A DNA stretch of 64,000 nt from an uncultured Planctomycetales bacterium (GCA_964427405.1 CAYRUB010000006.1:15558-79557), one strand, 5' to 3'; shown: positions 40,984 to 51,439, counted from the stretch's first letter. Program-made: numbers and translations. Notes: generated by a model not told the origin, from the letters alone.

Positions 40984-43900
40984 ATGGCTATCAAATCCTG
41001 CTTTATAGGTATCGATAAATATTTAGATCCTGGTATCCGAGACTTAACGGGAGCAGTTAAGGATGCAACTGTTTTATGGTCCTTATTTTCTGATACTGTC
41101 CCTTCCATACAGGCAGACATTCTCTGCAATGAACACGCCACCTTTGATCATGTGAAAAACAGTCTTTCTTCTCTTCTTGAGTCTGCTACCCAAGAAGATA
41201 CAATTATCATTTCATTTTCCGGACATGGCACAAATCACCATCGTCTCGTAACCCATAATACGTCCAAGGCAGCTCTGGATGATACCACGGTATCAATGGA
41301 TGAGCTGGCTGGTCTCTTCAGAAAATCTAAGGCCAACGCAATTCTTTTTATCCTAGATTGCTGTTTTAGCGGAGCTGTCCCCGCAAGAGTCATTGAAGAC
41401 AGCCCTGTCCCCCGGCAAGATACTTTTTCTTTTGAAAGCTTTGCCGGTAAAGGAAGAATATTAATTGCGGCATCAAGCGCCAATGAGCCAGCCTTCGAGT
41501 TACCTGGGTGCGGTCATGGGCTTTTAACAAAGGCCTTAATTGATGCATTACAAACTACAGATGATCAGGTTAACTTAGCATCGGCAATGGACAAAATTAC
41601 TCAGATGGTGAGAGCTGAGGCTGCACGCATTGGCGTAACACAAACGCCTGTTTGGTTTGGTTTCATAGAGGGAGGTTTAACTTTCCCCTCTCTTAGGCCA
41701 GGAGCTAATTTTTATAAGGCATTTCCGGAGAGCAAAGGAATTAGGATTAGTAAAGCGATCGCAGACCTGCAGGCATTTGGGATTTCCGCACCTATTCTTA
41801 TAGAATGGGCTAGGAATTTTAAAAACGGATTGAACAATCTACAACTAGAAGCAGTCAATAAGCACAGGATATTAGATGGTCAATCTTTGCTTGTGGTGGC
41901 ACCTACAAGTTCCGGTAAAACATTTATTGGAGAAATGGCCGCAGCAAAGGCAATATCTAAAGGTGAAAAGGTAATCTTTCTTTTGCCTTACCGCGCACTA
42001 GTAAATGAGAAATATGATTCTTTTGTTCAGTTATATACTGACAATTTAGGGATTCGTGTACTTCGATGCACAGGAGATTATTCTGATGAAACTGGTCCAT
42101 TTGTCCGTGGTAAATATGAAATCGCTATATTGACATTTGAAATGTTTCTCAATTTAGTCTTAGGGAATCCAACGTTATTAAGTCAGATTGGATTAATCGT
42201 GCTTGATGAAGCTCAATTCATTACGGATCCGACAAGAGGGATAACAGTTGAGTTATTGCTTACCTTTCTTTTAGCGAATGCTGAGAAAGGTATTAGACCT
42301 CAAATAATTGCCCTCTCAGCTGTCATTGGCGGTATAAACGATTTTGATCAATGGCTCGGAGTTGAGGCTATGATTTCGTATGAGCGTCCGGTACCCCTGG
42401 AAGAGGGCGTTATGGACCGTAGCGGTAATTTTCAATTTTTAACTCCTATTGCAGAAACTAAAATAACTTCATTAATTTCTTCATATAATATTGTGCAGCG
42501 GGGAAAGAATCCAAGTCAACAAGATATGATTGTTCCATTGATGCAATTCTTAATGAAAGATCTTAAAGAGAAAGTTATTATTTTTAGGAATACTCGCGGA
42601 CCCGCTGAAGGATGCGCTGGATATCTTAGTCGTGAATTAGGATTGCTCCCGGCAAATGATGTAATAGCACAATTGCCGAATCATGATCTTTCAACCACAT
42701 CTATGCATTTACGGGAATGTTTGTCCGGAGGCGTTGCTTTTCATAATACAAACCTTAACAGAATTGAAAAAGCGATTATAGAGCGTTCGTTTCGAGACCC
42801 CGCCGGTAAGATCAGGGTATTAGTGGCCACTACAACGCTGGCCGCTGGAATAAATACGCCGGCATCAACTGTTGTTTTGGCTGAACAGGAGTTTATCGGT
42901 GAAGATAACCGGCCATTTTCCATTGCAGAGTATAAAAACATGGCTGGTAGAGCTGGCAGGTTAGGTTTTAATGAGGATGGCAAGGCAATTATATTGGCTG
43001 AACAAATGCATGAAACACAGGTTCTTTTTAAGCGATACGTACTTGGAAAACCGGAGGCATTAAGTTCTTCGTTCGATTCTGAGAATGTTGAGACTTGGAT
43101 CATTCGGTTGTTGGCTCAAATTAAAGAGGTTCCCCGACATGATATTGTGCGATTACTGGCAAATACATACGGAGGATATTTAGCGAATCGCCAGAATCCG
43201 GGATGGCGAGAAAGTATAAAACAACATCTAGAGGAATTAATGGTAAAAATGTTATCGCTAGGTCTCTTGGAGCAAGAAGGAGATCTTGTACGGCTTACCT
43301 TACTGGGTCGGGTGTGTGGTCAATCTTCGTTATCGCTTCAATCTGCCATGCGACTTGTTGAATTATTAAAGTCCTTAGGGATGATCCAGGTTAGTTCTGA
43401 GTTTCTTATGGCGATTGTCCAAGGGTTACCCGAATCAGATAATACGTATACACCACTTTTCAAAAGAGGAAGCAAGGAAAGCGGAATGCCTCGGGTAGCA
43501 TCTGCCCGGGTTGGTAATGTTGTTGTTAATTTATTACAGAAGTTTGCCGGGGGAGAGATGTTTACATATTATGCCCGATGTAAAAGAGTAGCCATTTTAT
43601 TTGACTGGATTAATGGTGTGCCTACAGAAAGAATTGAGGCTGAATACACGATGAACCCTTACCAAGGTAAAGTAGGATATGGGGATATTCGGCGTTTTGC
43701 GGATGCCACTAGGTATCATCTTAGAACAGTCGCACCTATTGCTAGTCTTATTTTAGTTGATCGTTGCCCGACCGGTGAGTCAATAGATATTTTGCTAAAA
43801 CAATTAGAAGTTGGTGTGCCGAGAGACTCTCTTGATCTACTTAAACTACCAATCGGCTTTGAAAGAGGTGAATATTTGGCACTCTACGGAAAAGGTATCA

Positions 43901-44010
43901 AGACCTATGAAGCTTTCTGGGCTGTACCGGGAGAGAATCTTATTAGAATCCTTGGCTCAGATCGCGCTGCGGAAATTGAAAAGGCTCGAAGTAAATTAGT
44001 TGTTAAATAA
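40984..44010 (+). CDS. Caspase-like (peptidase C14) domain fused to Ski2/Hel308-like SF2 helicase
   Basis: IGIDKY, FSGHG, LDCCFSG; APTSSGKT, DEAQ, LSA, TTTLAAGIN, MAGRAGR. Confidence 0.9.
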   Translation: MAIKSCFIGIDKYLDPGIRDLTGAVKDATVLWSLFSDTVPSIQADILCNEHATFDHVKNSLSSLLESATQEDTIIISFSGHGTNHHRLVTHNTSKAALDDTTVSMDELAGLFRKSKANAILFILDCCFSGAVPARVIEDSPVPRQDTFSFESFAGKGRILIAASSANEPAFELPGCGHGLLTKALIDALQTTDDQVNLASAMDKITQMVRAEAARIGVTQTPVWFGFIEGGLTFPSLRPGANFYKAFPESKGIRISKAIADLQAFGISAPILIEWARNFKNGLNNLQLEAVNKHRILDGQSLLVVAPTSSGKTFIGEMAAAKAISKGEKVIFLLPYRALVNEKYDSFVQLYTDNLGIRVLRCTGDYSDETGPFVRGKYEIAILTFEMFLNLVLGNPTLLSQIGLIVLDEAQFITDPTRGITVELLLTFLLANAEKGIRPQIIALSAVIGGINDFDQWLGVEAMISYERPVPLEEGVMDRSGNFQFLTPIAETKITSLISSYNIVQRGKNPSQQDMIVPLMQFLMKDLKEKVIIFRNTRGPAEGCAGYLSRELGLLPANDVIAQLPNHDLSTTSMHLRECLSGGVAFHNTNLNRIEKAIIERSFRDPAGKIRVLVATTTLAAGINTPASTVVLAEQEFIGEDNRPFSIAEYKNMAGRAGRLGFNEDGKAIILAEQMHETQVLFKRYVLGKPEALSSSFDSENVETWIIRLLAQIKEVPRHDIVRLLANTYGGYLANRQNPGWRESIKQHLEELMVKMLSLGLLEQEGDLVRLTLLGRVCGQSSLSLQSAMRLVELLKSLGMIQVSSEFLMAIVQGLPESDNTYTPLFKRGSKESGMPRVASARVGNVVVNLLQKFAGGEMFTYYARCKRVAILFDWINGVPTERIEAEYTMNPYQGKVGYGDIRRFADATRYHLRTVAPIASLILVDRCPTGESIDILLKQLEVGVPRDSLDLLKLPIGFERGEYLALYGKGIKTYEAFWAVPGENLIRILGSDRAAEIEKARSKLVVK

Positions 44011-44084
44011 ATTAGGGCAATAAAAGATGACGGCTGTAATTTTTTAAAATAAAACATCACCATTTTTATCGGAAGTCGAATATC

Positions 44085-45728
44085 TTGAAAAAACATAAAC
44101 GTATATGGGGTCGGTGGATTTCTTATGAACCTTCATTTGCAGAGGGAGGGCAGGCACGATTGTATTTGGTTACCGATACCACTGGAGATCTCAATGGCGA
44201 ATATGTTCTTAAGGAACTCAAGAATCCTAATCGGCTGAATCGCTTTGACGTTGAACTTAAAGCAATTACATCGTTAGCTGTACATCCAAATATTGTTTCA
44301 TTGATTGATTCTGGTATTTATCGAGATCCTGATAAGCCTTGTTTCGTAATAATGAAAGCTGATCAAAATCTCGAGAAATTTATTTGTGATAATGTGATCT
44401 CAATCGATGAATTATTATTGATTTTTGATAAGATTTGCGATGGTGCAGCATATTTACATACAAATTTAATTATTCATCGTGACCTTAAACCAGAAAACAT
44501 TTTGATGTTTAAAAATGAACCTAAGATTGCTGATTTTGGGCTTTGCCTTATAGTTGACATAACAAGGTTTACCCCTTCTTCAGAAGTTATTGGTTCGCGA
44601 TTTTATATGGCTCCAGAAATGGAAGATGGCAGGCAACTAAATGTCGGTTTTGAAGTAGACGTTTATTCTCTTGGTAAAATTCTCTATTACTTGCTTTCAG
44701 GTGGCAAAATTTTCGCTCGAGAAAAATTTAATGATAAAGATTGGAAACTTTCAAGGTCAAAAGATGATTCTCGTTTAGATCTTTTTGATCCGGTTTTTAA
44801 AAAATCAATTGTTCCTGAACAAAGGAGTCGCTATAAAGATGCTAGCGAATTGCAGAAAGGATTCCGACAAGCGCGGGATAATTTTAATAAGCATCCACTA
44901 ACCACTCTATTTAAGAAGTTCGGAAGTATGAATAATGCATTCCGGGGATCAGAAGATAAACTTCAATCTATAAATGAAAACGAAATGTGCGAAATATTCA
45001 GCCATGCAAAGAAGCATGGAGTTGTTTTACCTCAAGCTGTTTTCAACGCCGCTTTCAACTCACTAACTACAAAATTGGCGCAACCATTCGCAGAGGCACT
45101 TTTAGAAAACGAGCCAACTTTAGATGCCCATTTTATTGCTATTGCAGCAGGGCGTATATTTTGTTTACCACAAGTAGAGGCAGCGTTTATTATTTGGTGG
45201 TTGAATTCTGAGCATTTTAATCGTTTAGCATTACACGCTTTAAGCTGTGCAGATAATAAGGTGTTAAATGCAATAGGGAATTGGAGTATTTTTACTCTTC
45301 AACATTGTAATGAAGTTTTGCAAAAATTGTCGGATAACTTTCATAATCTTAATTCAAAAGCGAAACAGAATTTTCTAGTTGCATCTAGAAAATCACCCTA
45401 CGAAAAAAAAGAGCAACTCCTTCTTGAATTAAGTCAAGACACTAACCTTGACAACGTTTCTCTTAGTGCAGTTGTCGCTGGATTATGTGCTTGTGCTTCC
45501 CAGACCGCAATCGCACGAGTAATTGAATTGGCTGATAGGCAAGATATGGACGAAAAGTTGACTGCCATTGGTGGCGGTATTATTTTAGGGTCGTCTAGAG
45601 ATACAGCACTACAGTTGAGCAAGCTTAGTTATAAAAACCCAGTGTTAAAGGTTCTATTGGACACATTGGATGAAGTGGAGAGTGATAATAAGGAAGATAA
45701 GGGGTTCATTGAGCAAGATGAAAAATAA
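44085..45728 (+). CDS. Hanks-type Ser/Thr kinase with helical C-terminal domain
   Basis: VLK, HPNIV, HRDLKPEN, DFG, YMAPE, DVYSLG. Confidence 0.9.
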   Translation: MKKHKRIWGRWISYEPSFAEGGQARLYLVTDTTGDLNGEYVLKELKNPNRLNRFDVELKAITSLAVHPNIVSLIDSGIYRDPDKPCFVIMKADQNLEKFICDNVISIDELLLIFDKICDGAAYLHTNLIIHRDLKPENILMFKNEPKIADFGLCLIVDITRFTPSSEVIGSRFYMAPEMEDGRQLNVGFEVDVYSLGKILYYLLSGGKIFAREKFNDKDWKLSRSKDDSRLDLFDPVFKKSIVPEQRSRYKDASELQKGFRQARDNFNKHPLTTLFKKFGSMNNAFRGSEDKLQSINENEMCEIFSHAKKHGVVLPQAVFNAAFNSLTTKLAQPFAEALLENEPTLDAHFIAIAAGRIFCLPQVEAAFIIWWLNSEHFNRLALHALSCADNKVLNAIGNWSIFTLQHCNEVLQKLSDNFHNLNSKAKQNFLVASRKSPYEKKEQLLLELSQDTNLDNVSLSAVVAGLCACASQTAIARVIELADRQDMDEKLTAIGGGIILGSSRDTALQLSKLSYKNPVLKVLLDTLDEVESDNKEDKGFIEQDEK

Positions 45729-45876
45729 ATTTTACTCACTAATGTCTGTCTTTTGAACTATTCGTTCTTTGAAGCGGTAAAATTTCCCCACACTAAATTT
45801 TACCAAAACAAAGGTGGTTTCAAAAAGGAGATTGTTACAAAAAATGATTAGGACTTTTGGTATTCTTAGTTAGTTT

Positions 45877-46488
45877 ATGAATAAAACTATAATAGTTTTT
45901 AACGAAAGAGCAAGGTTTAAGGCAGAAAATGAAATGCTTATTAATAATTTTGAAATATTGAATAGGATTTTATTTGATGCTAGAAATTTTTATGAAATTT
46001 GGTTTGGCTACCTAAGGACGAAAAGTAAAAGTAAATATTTCATCACTTTTCTAAAATATAAAGATTTCTTTGAAACCATAGGATATTCTTGCATTACGAG
46101 TTTGACTATAGATTTATTTAAACTATATGACTCAGGTCAAGAATCTTATAGTATTCTTCATTTAATTAACGATATCAACGAGAGAAGCTTACTGAGTAGT
46201 ACAGATAAGAGAAATATTCGTATAAAAAAGAAGCAAGCAATAATAATATGGGGAAAAGTAAAAGAATTAAGACATAAATTATTTGCACATAGGGATAAAA
46301 ATTTAACCCTAAAAGAAATATACGCTATTGCTAATATAACGCCAAATGATTTTCGAGATTTGACTCAATATACTCTGGAAATTCTAAATTATATTGCTCC
46401 AGTGTTGCATAAGAATAAAATAAGATTCCGTAGAGAAGTGAGAAACGATGCAGTGAATCTATTACGGATACTAATGGAAGCTCAATAG
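45877..46488 (+). CDS. HEPN (AbiU2-like) protein
   Basis: KLYD..SI and LRHKLFAH (R-x5-H) pattern. Confidence 0.6.
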   Translation: MNKTIIVFNERARFKAENEMLINNFEILNRILFDARNFYEIWFGYLRTKSKSKYFITFLKYKDFFETIGYSCITSLTIDLFKLYDSGQESYSILHLINDINERSLLSSTDKRNIRIKKKQAIIIWGKVKELRHKLFAHRDKNLTLKEIYAIANITPNDFRDLTQYTLEILNYIAPVLHKNKIRFRREVRNDAVNLLRILMEAQ

Positions 46489-46518
46489 TATCCCTTTGTT
46501 AATGGGGGGTCAATATAC

Positions 46519-47334
46519 ATGTTTAGTGAAACGTTTAAAGCCCTAAACAATGAGGCACAGTTCACCAGAGAAATACTTGGCTCAGGCGCTTCACAGATTA
46601 GAAACGCTACCTACGCAACTAAGGGCATTTACTTCCAGGCATTTATAAGTCTCTCTACTGGATTTGAAAGGATCGGAAAACTTTGTTTAATGCTTGATCA
46701 TTTTATTGATCATGATGGTGAGTTTCCTGATTACAACTATATGAAGAATGAAATTAGGCACAATATATGTGTTATCTATGAAAAATCACAATCGGTGATT
46801 ACAAAACGTTCAATATCCATGAAGTTTCTGAACAACCTAAATGATCCCATTCATCAATCAATACTGAGAATTATCTCCGAGTTCGCTCAAGGAGATCGTT
46901 ATTCTAACATTGATTTGATTGTGGGGAGGCAACATGAGAGAGATCCTATCGCGTTATGGTTTATGGAAGTAGATAAGCCATTATATGAGACTCGCGTATC
47001 AAAGAAGAAAAAGGAATCTATCAATAGTAACGCCGCTGGCATTGCTTCAATACTTGACCTCTACGTCATGGTTAGGCATACATCTGAGACTGGTAGCGAA
47101 ATCACGGACGTAGAAGATGCAAGCCGCAGAACTGGAATGCAAAAAGCTGTTGTTTCGTATCGCCAGCTATATGTGCTTCAAATCATTAGGTATTGGGTTG
47201 AACTATTATCTTCTCTACAAGACATAGCAATGCAGACTGAGAGCGAAGATATTCCTTTCTTCAATGAAGTATTCGCGCCTTTTTATAACGACGACTCTTA
47301 TATTAGAACGCGAAAAACTTGGGATACTTTTTAA
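46519..47334 (+). CDS. Hypothetical protein, possibly divergent HEPN fold
   Basis: LSTGFERIGKL..HNI..RYSNID pattern. Confidence 0.5.
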   Translation: MFSETFKALNNEAQFTREILGSGASQIRNATYATKGIYFQAFISLSTGFERIGKLCLMLDHFIDHDGEFPDYNYMKNEIRHNICVIYEKSQSVITKRSISMKFLNNLNDPIHQSILRIISEFAQGDRYSNIDLIVGRQHERDPIALWFMEVDKPLYETRVSKKKKESINSNAAGIASILDLYVMVRHTSETGSEITDVEDASRRTGMQKAVVSYRQLYVLQIIRYWVELLSSLQDIAMQTESEDIPFFNEVFAPFYNDDSYIRTRKTWDTF

Positions 47335-47605
47335 GCCATATTGTTTTAGATATTTTAGTTCAAGTTTAATTTCTGTTTCTTGAAATATCTGTTTTTGTAC
47401 TCTGAAGCGGAGAAATTTTCCCGCACCAAATTTTGCCGGAGCGAGCGTAGCTGTAGGGTGGCGTGTTCGCACCACGCCCGCCACCATGTTTTTGTTTTGA
47501 ACCACAGACTGCAAGAGGCGGGGCATCCCGCGACCCTGGGTTTCTTTGATTTTGGAAGCAGGAACGGACAACCCTGAACCTTCAATTTATATCCTACCTG
47601 CATAC

Positions 47606-47638
47606 AGAGAGTTTTTCTGTCGCGACGTATTTCTGGTC
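47606..47638 (+). repeat. att-like site (family member b, right end degenerate)
   Basis: agagagtttttctgtcgcgacgtatttctggtc. Confidence 0.65.
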
Positions 47639-47788
47639 CGCCAAGATGACTCAGAAAATGATTTACAATGGGGAAGAGGAGGTATAGAATAAACTCATCA
47701 TAAAGAGGTGGTAAATGAGGTTCAAATAGCAAAATTTTAAGGCAACTCCTAAAAATAAGGGGTTGCCTGTTTATTTTAAGGAGGCGTT

Positions 47789-48049
47789 ATGGCTAGAAAA
47801 TTAGTTGAATACGGAGTGTTTCTAAATATACACCCAAGTGGTTACGATAAAAGAGTAATGATTCATAAGCTACCTTGTGCGCATTATAAGCAGCATCTTA
47901 AGAAAGGAAGAGCGACCGGGATGTACACTTTTCATAAAGACTGTTTAACCTTTGATGAGGTAATTAAGCGAACTTCGGAATGGGCCTTAGATTGGCATGC
48001 TCAGATTAAGATTTGCAAAAGTTGTCGGGGAAATTGGAAACTTATTTAA
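47789..48049 (+). CDS. Small hypothetical protein (His/Cys motifs)
   Basis: aggagg RBS; IHKLPC..CKSC. Confidence 0.6.
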   Translation: MARKLVEYGVFLNIHPSGYDKRVMIHKLPCAHYKQHLKKGRATGMYTFHKDCLTFDEVIKRTSEWALDWHAQIKICKSCRGNWKLI

Positions 48050-48130
48050 TTCCAATGAAGAATGAAAATGGAGCTGCCTCTAATTTTTGAAAAATAGAAA
48101 GTTTGAATTTCGTTAAGGAGTGATTACTAA

Positions 48131-49825
48131 ATGATTAAGTGGATAAGAAAGATTATAGGTAATAAGAGACAAGAAAAACAATACAGTATATCGAAGGAAA
48201 AAATTGAGTATAGACTACAGAAAGAAGACACCAAGCATTACAAATGCTTTGTGTTAATGCCTATTGGTAAAGAGGGTACTGTAGAATACTCAAATAATAT
48301 GCTGGTATTCCATGAGATAATCAAACCCTGTGTAGTTAATAGTGGCTATGCTATTGACTGTTATTATTTAGATTTAGTCTCAGAATCTGGAGATATAGCT
48401 AAACAGGGGATACTAGCTTTAAAAGATGATACTATTGTAATAGCAGATTTAAGGCGTAGAAATCCAGCAGTAAGCTATGAATTAGGCATAAGACATACGC
48501 TTGGCAAGAGATCCATATTGGTTTGCTCAAGTCAATCCGATCATTTTTTCTATACTATCAGACATCGGGCTATTAAGTATAAAATAGATGGAACTTCTAA
48601 TCAGGAATTTTATGATAAATTATCATCTTGTATTGAGGACATATTAATTAATCCAGAAAAATCAGACAACCCTGTAAGCGATATTTTAGGGGGTATTAAT
48701 AGCATTGCTGGAGTGCAGTTATTAGAAAGGGAGGAATCCGGAGAAACAAAAGTGGTTACTTCTGATAAAGAAAAAGATTTCCACCGGTTAGTAGCGGCTG
48801 GAATACAATATGAAAATGTTAATAGACACGATTTAGCTATTGGTTGTTTTGAGGATGCTTTAAAAATAAAACCCGATGATATAGGTCTTCATATTCAGTT
48901 GAGTATTATATACGGTGAGAAGGTCGGAGATAGAAGTAGTAAAGAAAAAGCAATAGAGCATTGTAAGGACGTATTAAGGATTGATAAAAACAATATTTCA
49001 GCAAAGTTTAATTTAGCTATATATACGAATCATTTAAAGGGTTCGAAAGAAAGCTTGCCAATTTATTTAGAAGTTGAGTCTTTAATTAGAATGCAAGGGT
49101 TATTGGGTTCGGAAATAGATGGAAAGTCAAATCTTTTCATAGGACATGATTATAAGAATGCGGGAGACAAGCCAGAGGCTGAAAAACGTTATGAAAAGGC
49201 GATAGCCATATTAAAGAAACTAGTCGATCAAGGAGATAAGGGAAGCGCTTTTTGGTTAACTGATGCAAAAAAGAATTTAAGAAGTATTTTTAAAATAACT
49301 TCTATTTTGAGTGACGAAGAAACAATATTTGTTAATTCAAGTACAGTCATTTTACTTCCGACAAATATTAAATCAGTTGAAGCTTCGATTCATCCTCTAT
49401 GGAAGCAATTTGATCAGAGGCAGCCGGAATTAGAAGGCGCAAAGTGGATTGCAGATCGCCCGACAATAACTAATGAGGAAGCTTTAAAGGGGGGAATATA
49501 TACATTTACTAGAGAATTTGATTTTAACTCTGAAATTGCGCAATTGCGTTCAGCAGAGATATGTTTACTTGTTGACGATTTTTGTGAATTAATAGTAAAT
49601 AGCACACGATTGGGGAGAGTTCATGGATATGAGGAATTACATAGATTCGTTATTACGCAATACATCAAAAAAGGCAAAAATATCGTTCAGTTTATAGTAG
49701 AGAATATTGCAGCTGAAGAATTTAATGATCCCCATAAGAACCCAGAGTTTTATAAATCCACTGAGAAATATCTTTTTAATCCATATGGTTTGAAATATTC
49801 AATTATTTTAGAGTATAGATGTTAA
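48131..49825 (+). CDS. Nucleoside 2-deoxyribosyltransferase-like domain + TPR + C-terminal jelly-roll domain
   Basis: CFVLMP..IADL..NPAVSYELG; TPR-like helices; AKWI..FTREF..VDD..GKN..NPYGL. Confidence 0.7.
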   Translation: MIKWIRKIIGNKRQEKQYSISKEKIEYRLQKEDTKHYKCFVLMPIGKEGTVEYSNNMLVFHEIIKPCVVNSGYAIDCYYLDLVSESGDIAKQGILALKDDTIVIADLRRRNPAVSYELGIRHTLGKRSILVCSSQSDHFFYTIRHRAIKYKIDGTSNQEFYDKLSSCIEDILINPEKSDNPVSDILGGINSIAGVQLLEREESGETKVVTSDKEKDFHRLVAAGIQYENVNRHDLAIGCFEDALKIKPDDIGLHIQLSIIYGEKVGDRSSKEKAIEHCKDVLRIDKNNISAKFNLAIYTNHLKGSKESLPIYLEVESLIRMQGLLGSEIDGKSNLFIGHDYKNAGDKPEAEKRYEKAIAILKKLVDQGDKGSAFWLTDAKKNLRSIFKITSILSDEETIFVNSSTVILLPTNIKSVEASIHPLWKQFDQRQPELEGAKWIADRPTITNEEALKGGIYTFTREFDFNSEIAQLRSAEICLLVDDFCELIVNSTRLGRVHGYEELHRFVITQYIKKGKNIVQFIVENIAAEEFNDPHKNPEFYKSTEKYLFNPYGLKYSIILEYRC

Positions 49826-49982
49826 GGAGATATTCAAAAATAATCTTTTTCTCTTTCTCTAAAATCGTGGGACTTTTTTGAAAAAGACACAGCTTGGCGA
49901 GACGTGGATAAAGCAGGTTACTTCTTTTAAAAAATAGAAACACCCGTAATTTATAGTCAAACGAATGAATTAAGATTAAAAT

Positions 49983-50090
49983 GGGATATGCAACTCCCTG
50001 GACTCCCAGTTTATCGGGGGAGCGAGGTGCTGTCGGAGCTCGACGTATCTGCGCCGAGCTCCTACTCAGGGTAACAGGCGACAGTGCCCA
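49983..50090 (+). ncRNA. Candidate structured RNA of unknown class
   Basis: GC-rich island with nested stems ggtgctgtcg/cgacagtgcc, gagctcg/cgagctc, ctccc/gggag. Confidence 0.4.
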
Positions 50091-50245
50091 AACAGGTTCA
50101 CATATACAGTATACAACAATGCTAGAGGGATTCTTTGTTTCAATCATAGTACAGATATTGGATTATATCAATTCTACAGAATATTTTAACTCTTTTGCGT
50201 TAGAATAAATAAGAGCATGCTAATTCATAAGCTAATGAGGGAGCT

Positions 50246-51328
50246 ATGTCAACAGCCATAATATTAGGAGCTGGTTTTTCTAGATGTGCAGGTTTACCAA
50301 TACAGAGTGAATTCTCTAAATTCCTTTTATCTCCAGAACTTTCCCGAACAATTTTAGAGAAAACAATTACAGAGGTTATTAGTGCGTTTATTAGTGATGT
50401 TTTTGGATGGAGACGTGGCAAGCCATTTCCAAGCATGGAAGACTATTTCACTTGTTTAGATTTATCGGCTAACACCGGTCACCACTTAGGAATTCAGTAT
50501 ACTCCTAAAAAATTAAGAGCTATTAGAAGAATGACGATTTATAGAATTTTTCAAATATTGGATTATAACTATCGAAATTCTTCAGAAATAGCGCATTTTT
50601 TAAAGATGGTTTTTAATAAAGGGACTCCAGGGTTTATTGTGCTTAATTGGGATATTGTTTTGGAAAAAGCAATCCATCTTCAACCATTAAGAAATAAAAT
50701 TAACTATGGTTTTGAGTGTTATGAATGGGATACAAAACGTAGGAAAAACTTTGAAGATGACGATATTTTTGTATCAAAGATAAATGGATCTAGCAATTGG
50801 GTGTATTGTGAAAACTGCACAAGCATATTTTATGATCTTAGTACAAAAATCGCTCTTCATAAAATGATGGGTCTTATAAAAGCAGATTTTAGATTATTTA
50901 GAGAAGGATTTACCGATAGACATTTCGATGAAGCGCTGGGGACTTCTCCTCAAAGCCGAAAATGTCATTTTTGCAACAATATGTTAGCAACGCATATTGC
51001 TACCTTTAGTTTTAGAAAATCGTATAGGACATTTGCCTATCCTGCTATTTGGCATAATGCTCAAAGCATATTGTCTAAAAGCAATGAATGGATCTTTGTT
51101 GGTTATTCACTACCAGATGCTGATTTTGAATTTAAACATATATTAAAAGTTTCCGAATTAGCGTTACGGAAAAAAAAGAATCAGCCCCCTCTTAAGATTA
51201 ATGTAGTGGTAAAAAATGATAATGCTGCAAAAAATAGATACCAATCATTTTTTGGTAACCGAATAACCAAAATATGGCAGGGCGGTCTTCAGGAGTTTGT
51301 AAAGAAAAATACAATGAGCAGGAAATAA
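50246..51328 (+). CDS. SIR2-like protein (KxHG motif altered to KING)
   Basis: LGAGFS, LNWD, KINGSSNW, CENC..CHFC, VGYSLPDAD. Confidence 0.82.
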   Translation: MSTAIILGAGFSRCAGLPIQSEFSKFLLSPELSRTILEKTITEVISAFISDVFGWRRGKPFPSMEDYFTCLDLSANTGHHLGIQYTPKKLRAIRRMTIYRIFQILDYNYRNSSEIAHFLKMVFNKGTPGFIVLNWDIVLEKAIHLQPLRNKINYGFECYEWDTKRRKNFEDDDIFVSKINGSSNWVYCENCTSIFYDLSTKIALHKMMGLIKADFRLFREGFTDRHFDEALGTSPQSRKCHFCNNMLATHIATFSFRKSYRTFAYPAIWHNAQSILSKSNEWIFVGYSLPDADFEFKHILKVSELALRKKKNQPPLKINVVVKNDNAAKNRYQSFFGNRITKIWQGGLQEFVKKNTMSRK

Positions 51329-51362
51329 ATACCCTTCCCGTAACATTATTTACCCTGTATAC

Positions 51363-51416
51363 AGAGAGTCTTTCTGCCGCGCCGTATTTCTGGGCGTCCT
51401 TACCGGGGATACCTCT
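51363..51416 (+). repeat. att-like site (family member c)
   Basis: agagagtctttctg..cgtatttctgg..ctta..gggatacctct. Confidence 0.7.
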
Positions 51417-51439
51417 CAAATTTGCCCATAGCTGTTTAC

